Origin: Eledone cirrhosa
Lineage: Eukaryota
Direction: 5' to 3'
Length of the DNA stretch: 64,000 nt
Assembly: GCA_964016885.1 (NCBI GenBank)
Contig: OZ024749.1
Coordinates: 41,168,001-41,232,000 of the forward strand
Shown one piece after another: positions 27,642 through 64,000 of this stretch. Numbering within the stretch: the stretch's first letter is position 1; each line of letters opens with the position of its first letter. The notes below the pieces were generated by a model. It was not told the DNA's origin. It saw only the letters and a list, made by a program, of their open reading frames with translations, and made no database searches. The position numbers and the translations under genes were made by a program.

Positions 27642-29521
27642 ATATTCATTAACACACACCCCTTACTTGACCACCAACCCTCAACACTTCTACTAAAACT
27701 TTATATTTTATTCCTATCCAGGCTCCAAATCCTTCTCTCTGTCATCTCTAATTTCCTGTTTCCTTTCTCCTTTAATCTTACCTCTTTCTTCTGCCCTTAT
27801 TACTATTTATTACTTCTAACATTACTGAATGGCTTTTAGAAGAATTCTTAGACTTAACATTAAATTCCTACTTAATTAGATTCTTTCATTCTACCCAAAT
27901 CATCAGCATCATCAACATCGTCGTCGTCATAGATACAAGCAGTTTGCATGGTTAAGAAGTTTGTGTGTTTCGTACTATAGTCATGGGTCTACCAATGTCT
28001 CATGAGTGTCCATCCCATGTTTTAACATCTGGCTGCTGCTGCTTATTTTCAGTTGAGTAGACTGGAGTAATGTGAAGTGAAGTGTTTTGCTCAACAACAC
28101 AATATGCCATCCAGGCGAGGAATTGAATCCATTATATTGGGATTGTGATCCTAATACTTGAACCATTAGACTGAAGATAAACTCTGGCTTCAGACAGATT
28201 TTAACCCTTTTGATGCCAAACCACTTGAAACCACCTCTAGTTTTATGATAATTTTAGTGTTCATTATCATCATCATCATCACTGTTTAACATCTATTTCC
28301 CATGCTTGCATAAATTAGATGGGTTGTTATGTACTGAGGCTAGACCACTTCGGTGCAGTAATGTTGGTGGAATGCTAATGCACCAGCTATATTTTGGTAT
28401 TAGAAATGGTGGATAAAAAAAAAAGCACCAGTAGTGCACTGAGGTCGAATTAATCGACTGTCCCCTCCCCTTCAAATTGCTGGCCTTGTGCCTAAATCAG
28501 AAACCATTATTATATTGTATTGTATTATATGTATTGTACTTGTTGGCCTTGTGCCTAAATCAATCTAATAGCTCTACAATTGTTATAAACTAACACATTC
28601 AACTGGTGTAATTTTTGTAATATTTTCTATAGCAATTTATGTAAATAATCAGCTTTTCAGAAACATATACAAACTATGTTGGCCTTGAGAAAATGTGTGT
28701 GTTAGTGTGTGTGATTTTACATTTTTTTTCTATGTTGTCAAATGTTTGATGGTTCATTATAGACCAAGTCAGTATTCAGTTGGAGCTACTGTCCTCTGAG
28801 ACGGACTAGTGAACTACATTGTACTTATTATTTTGAGCATGGATTCTACAGTTAAATACCCTTCTTAACACCAACCACTTTACATGGTGCACTAAGAAGG
28901 TTTTCATGTCTTTAATATGACTAAAGAGTACCCTCTGCTGCTTTTTTTAAGGGGGTGGGAGCTTTCTATGGCTAGATGCCCTTTCTAATACCATGTTTAC
29001 TGAGTATATTTATAGTGGCACTAACATAAATATGTATATATCATCATCGTTATCGTTTAATGATCATTTTCCCTGCTAGCAAGTGTTGGACAGGTTGTCA
29101 CAGACCAACTTAGTACTGAATCAATGCCACTGACCTCTCAGATGAGATGAGAGCCACAATATACCATTCTAGTGGTGGGATTGGTGGGATTCTTAAAGGG
29201 TCCATAGGTATATTTTGCAGTTTGTGTATGGCTGGTGTATTAGCATTTCACCAGTATCTCACCTGGTTCTCTGCATTCTGAGTTCAAATCCAACTTTCTT
29301 CTGCTTGTCGCAACTTCCAGCAGATAGTATCAACAATTGAAAGACCAATGGGAACATAGTTTCCTTGATCTCATGAAAATTAGCTCCTTTCCTTTCCAAC
29401 AGATAGTATCAGCAATAGAAAGACCAATTGAAACATTGTTTCCTCGGTCCAATATAACAATCAGTTCTTTTCCTTTCTTTTTTTCTTCTGCTAAAGTATT
29501 TTCGTTTTCTCTATTTTTCAG

Positions 29522-29752
29522 ATGTGGTGGAAATTCTTCATTAACTTCATCAATATCATTGTTTCCATTATTCAACTAAGATGAAGATGTCAAGGCAAAA
29601 AAACTTCTCTGTGAGAATTCCTGCGAGGAATCGGTCTGATTTCTCTTCGATAAAGAAATCCTCGTATTTAATCGACTCTTTGCTCTAGTAGTGACGTTGT
29701 TGCACTCACATACAACACACACACACACCCCTTGTGTAGACTCTAGCTAGTC
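29522..29752 (+). other. NALCN: NALCN 5' UTR part of the start-codon exon
   Basis: Strong pyrimidine tract ending ctatttttcag at 29521; unique CpG-containing sequence running into ATG 29753. Confidence 0.7.
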
Positions 29753-62695
<32,943 letters not shown>

Positions 62696-62984
62696 GTAAG
62701 TTACACTCACTTCTTACAATCTGAAATTTTGTTTACAAAACTTTGATTATTCTACAGAAATATATAAACCTTTTATATTCATACTATATATATACATATA
62801 TATATTTAAAATTAGTTACAACAGTGACCTACACAGCTACTTAAGTTTTGTTGTGTTGTTCACACCAACTCATTCAGCCTGTCATAACTTGTCCTATGGA
62901 CTGAGTGTTCTAAACCCTTGAATATTTATACCAAGTTTGTACTATATATATATATATACACATATATACATACATATATAAATA

Positions 62985-63878
62985 TCTATATATATAAAAC
63001 TGAGGATGTCTGTGTGTGTGTGAGTTTGAATCCCTAAAACTCGAGAAGCACCCAACCGACTGTTTTCAAACTTTACACATGTAATACTTATGTTATGTTT
63101 CAGGGAGTGTTCTGAGCAAAAAAAATTTCAAATTTTCAATGCCCTAGGGACCGCATTAGGCGATTTAGCGATCTCTCTCTATAATTCTTAGTCTTTCTCT
63201 TTTTAGGTTGATACATACATATAACGTCACGCCCTTATAATATGTGTCTGTATGTCTGACTGTCTCCATTACGTCACTTCCCTGAGGATGTCTGTCTGAG
63301 TTTGAATCCCTAAAACCAAGTACCCAACCGACTTTTTTCAAACTTTACATGTGTATTACTTATGTTTCAGGGAGTGTTATGCACATAAAGAAATTCGACC
63401 TTTTTATCCCCTAAGGTCCCATTAGGTGAAAAACTGCGTTTTTTCAGGTTTTTAGGGGTTTTTTGAGGCGCTATGTCAGACTGATTTCCTTGAAATTGTA
63501 ACTATGTATTAGTTAGTCTCTTCTTTATACCGTGAGCAAAGAAAATCCAACTTTTTTATGGCCCAGGTGAAAAACTTAATTTTTTCAGCCTTTTAGGGCT
63601 TTTTGAGGCGTTATGTATAGCCGATTTTCCCGAAATTTCAAGGCATATTATGCACATAAAAAAAATTCATTTTCTTGATCCCCTAGGGCCCGCATTAGGT
63701 GAAAACCTGCATTTTTCCTGCTTCATCAAGGAAAATTTTAAAGATTATCCAGCCATCAGAGTATTCGGTTTATTTTCTTTACATATTGTCCAGGGATGCA
63801 GTTTTTCTACGATTAGGTCTGTTGGTGGCCCGCGTTCCAAAATACCTTATCCCGTGCATCGCCGGGTACCACTGCTAG
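62985..63878 (+). mobile_element. Non-autonomous Helitron
   Basis: A|TCTATATATATAAAA 5' end; 3' GC hairpin CCCGtgcatcgcCGGG then CTAG|T; internal duplication of the 5' block at ~63282. Confidence 0.75.
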
Positions 63879-64000
63879 TCCATACTAAATATAACTTTTT
63901 ATATCCATTCTATATATAACATTTTATATTCATACCTGTTATGTCCATAGATCCATTGTCTGTTATAAAACATTTGATAGTACATTATAGTATGTAACCT

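Overview
AT-rich, microsatellite- and SINE-dense animal genomic DNA. The repeat families and the protein suggest a mollusc, most likely an octopus (inference). The main feature is the 5' part of a plus-strand NALCN (sodium leak channel, non-selective) gene. It has a candidate CpG-rich promoter and non-coding first exon at about 20.9-21.1 kb, and 15 GT-AG coding exon segments from ATG 29753 to 62695. These splice in frame and encode repeat I, repeat II and the start of the II-III linker (about 635-639 aa); the gene continues past the window. The key observation is two tandem, homologous exons for the repeat-II pore loop: 44594-44740 (QEGW, Glu) and 49694-49828 (QKGW, Lys). They form a mutually exclusive selectivity-filter switch, known in molluscan NALCN as EEEE versus EKEE. 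A 95/96-bp inverted repeat and a second nested inverted SINE pair flank the Glu exon, which also has a ~246-nt AG-free acceptor region; these may explain how the switch is controlled. Other items: a near-intact minimal type I hammerhead ribozyme (10843-10903, minus), several long palindromes, uORFs in the NALCN leader, X-box/TAATC motif clusters, a probable 3' terminal exon of an unidentified upstream gene, and many SINE, LINE, MITE and Helitron remnants. Almost all ORFs in the supplied track are microsatellite artefacts.
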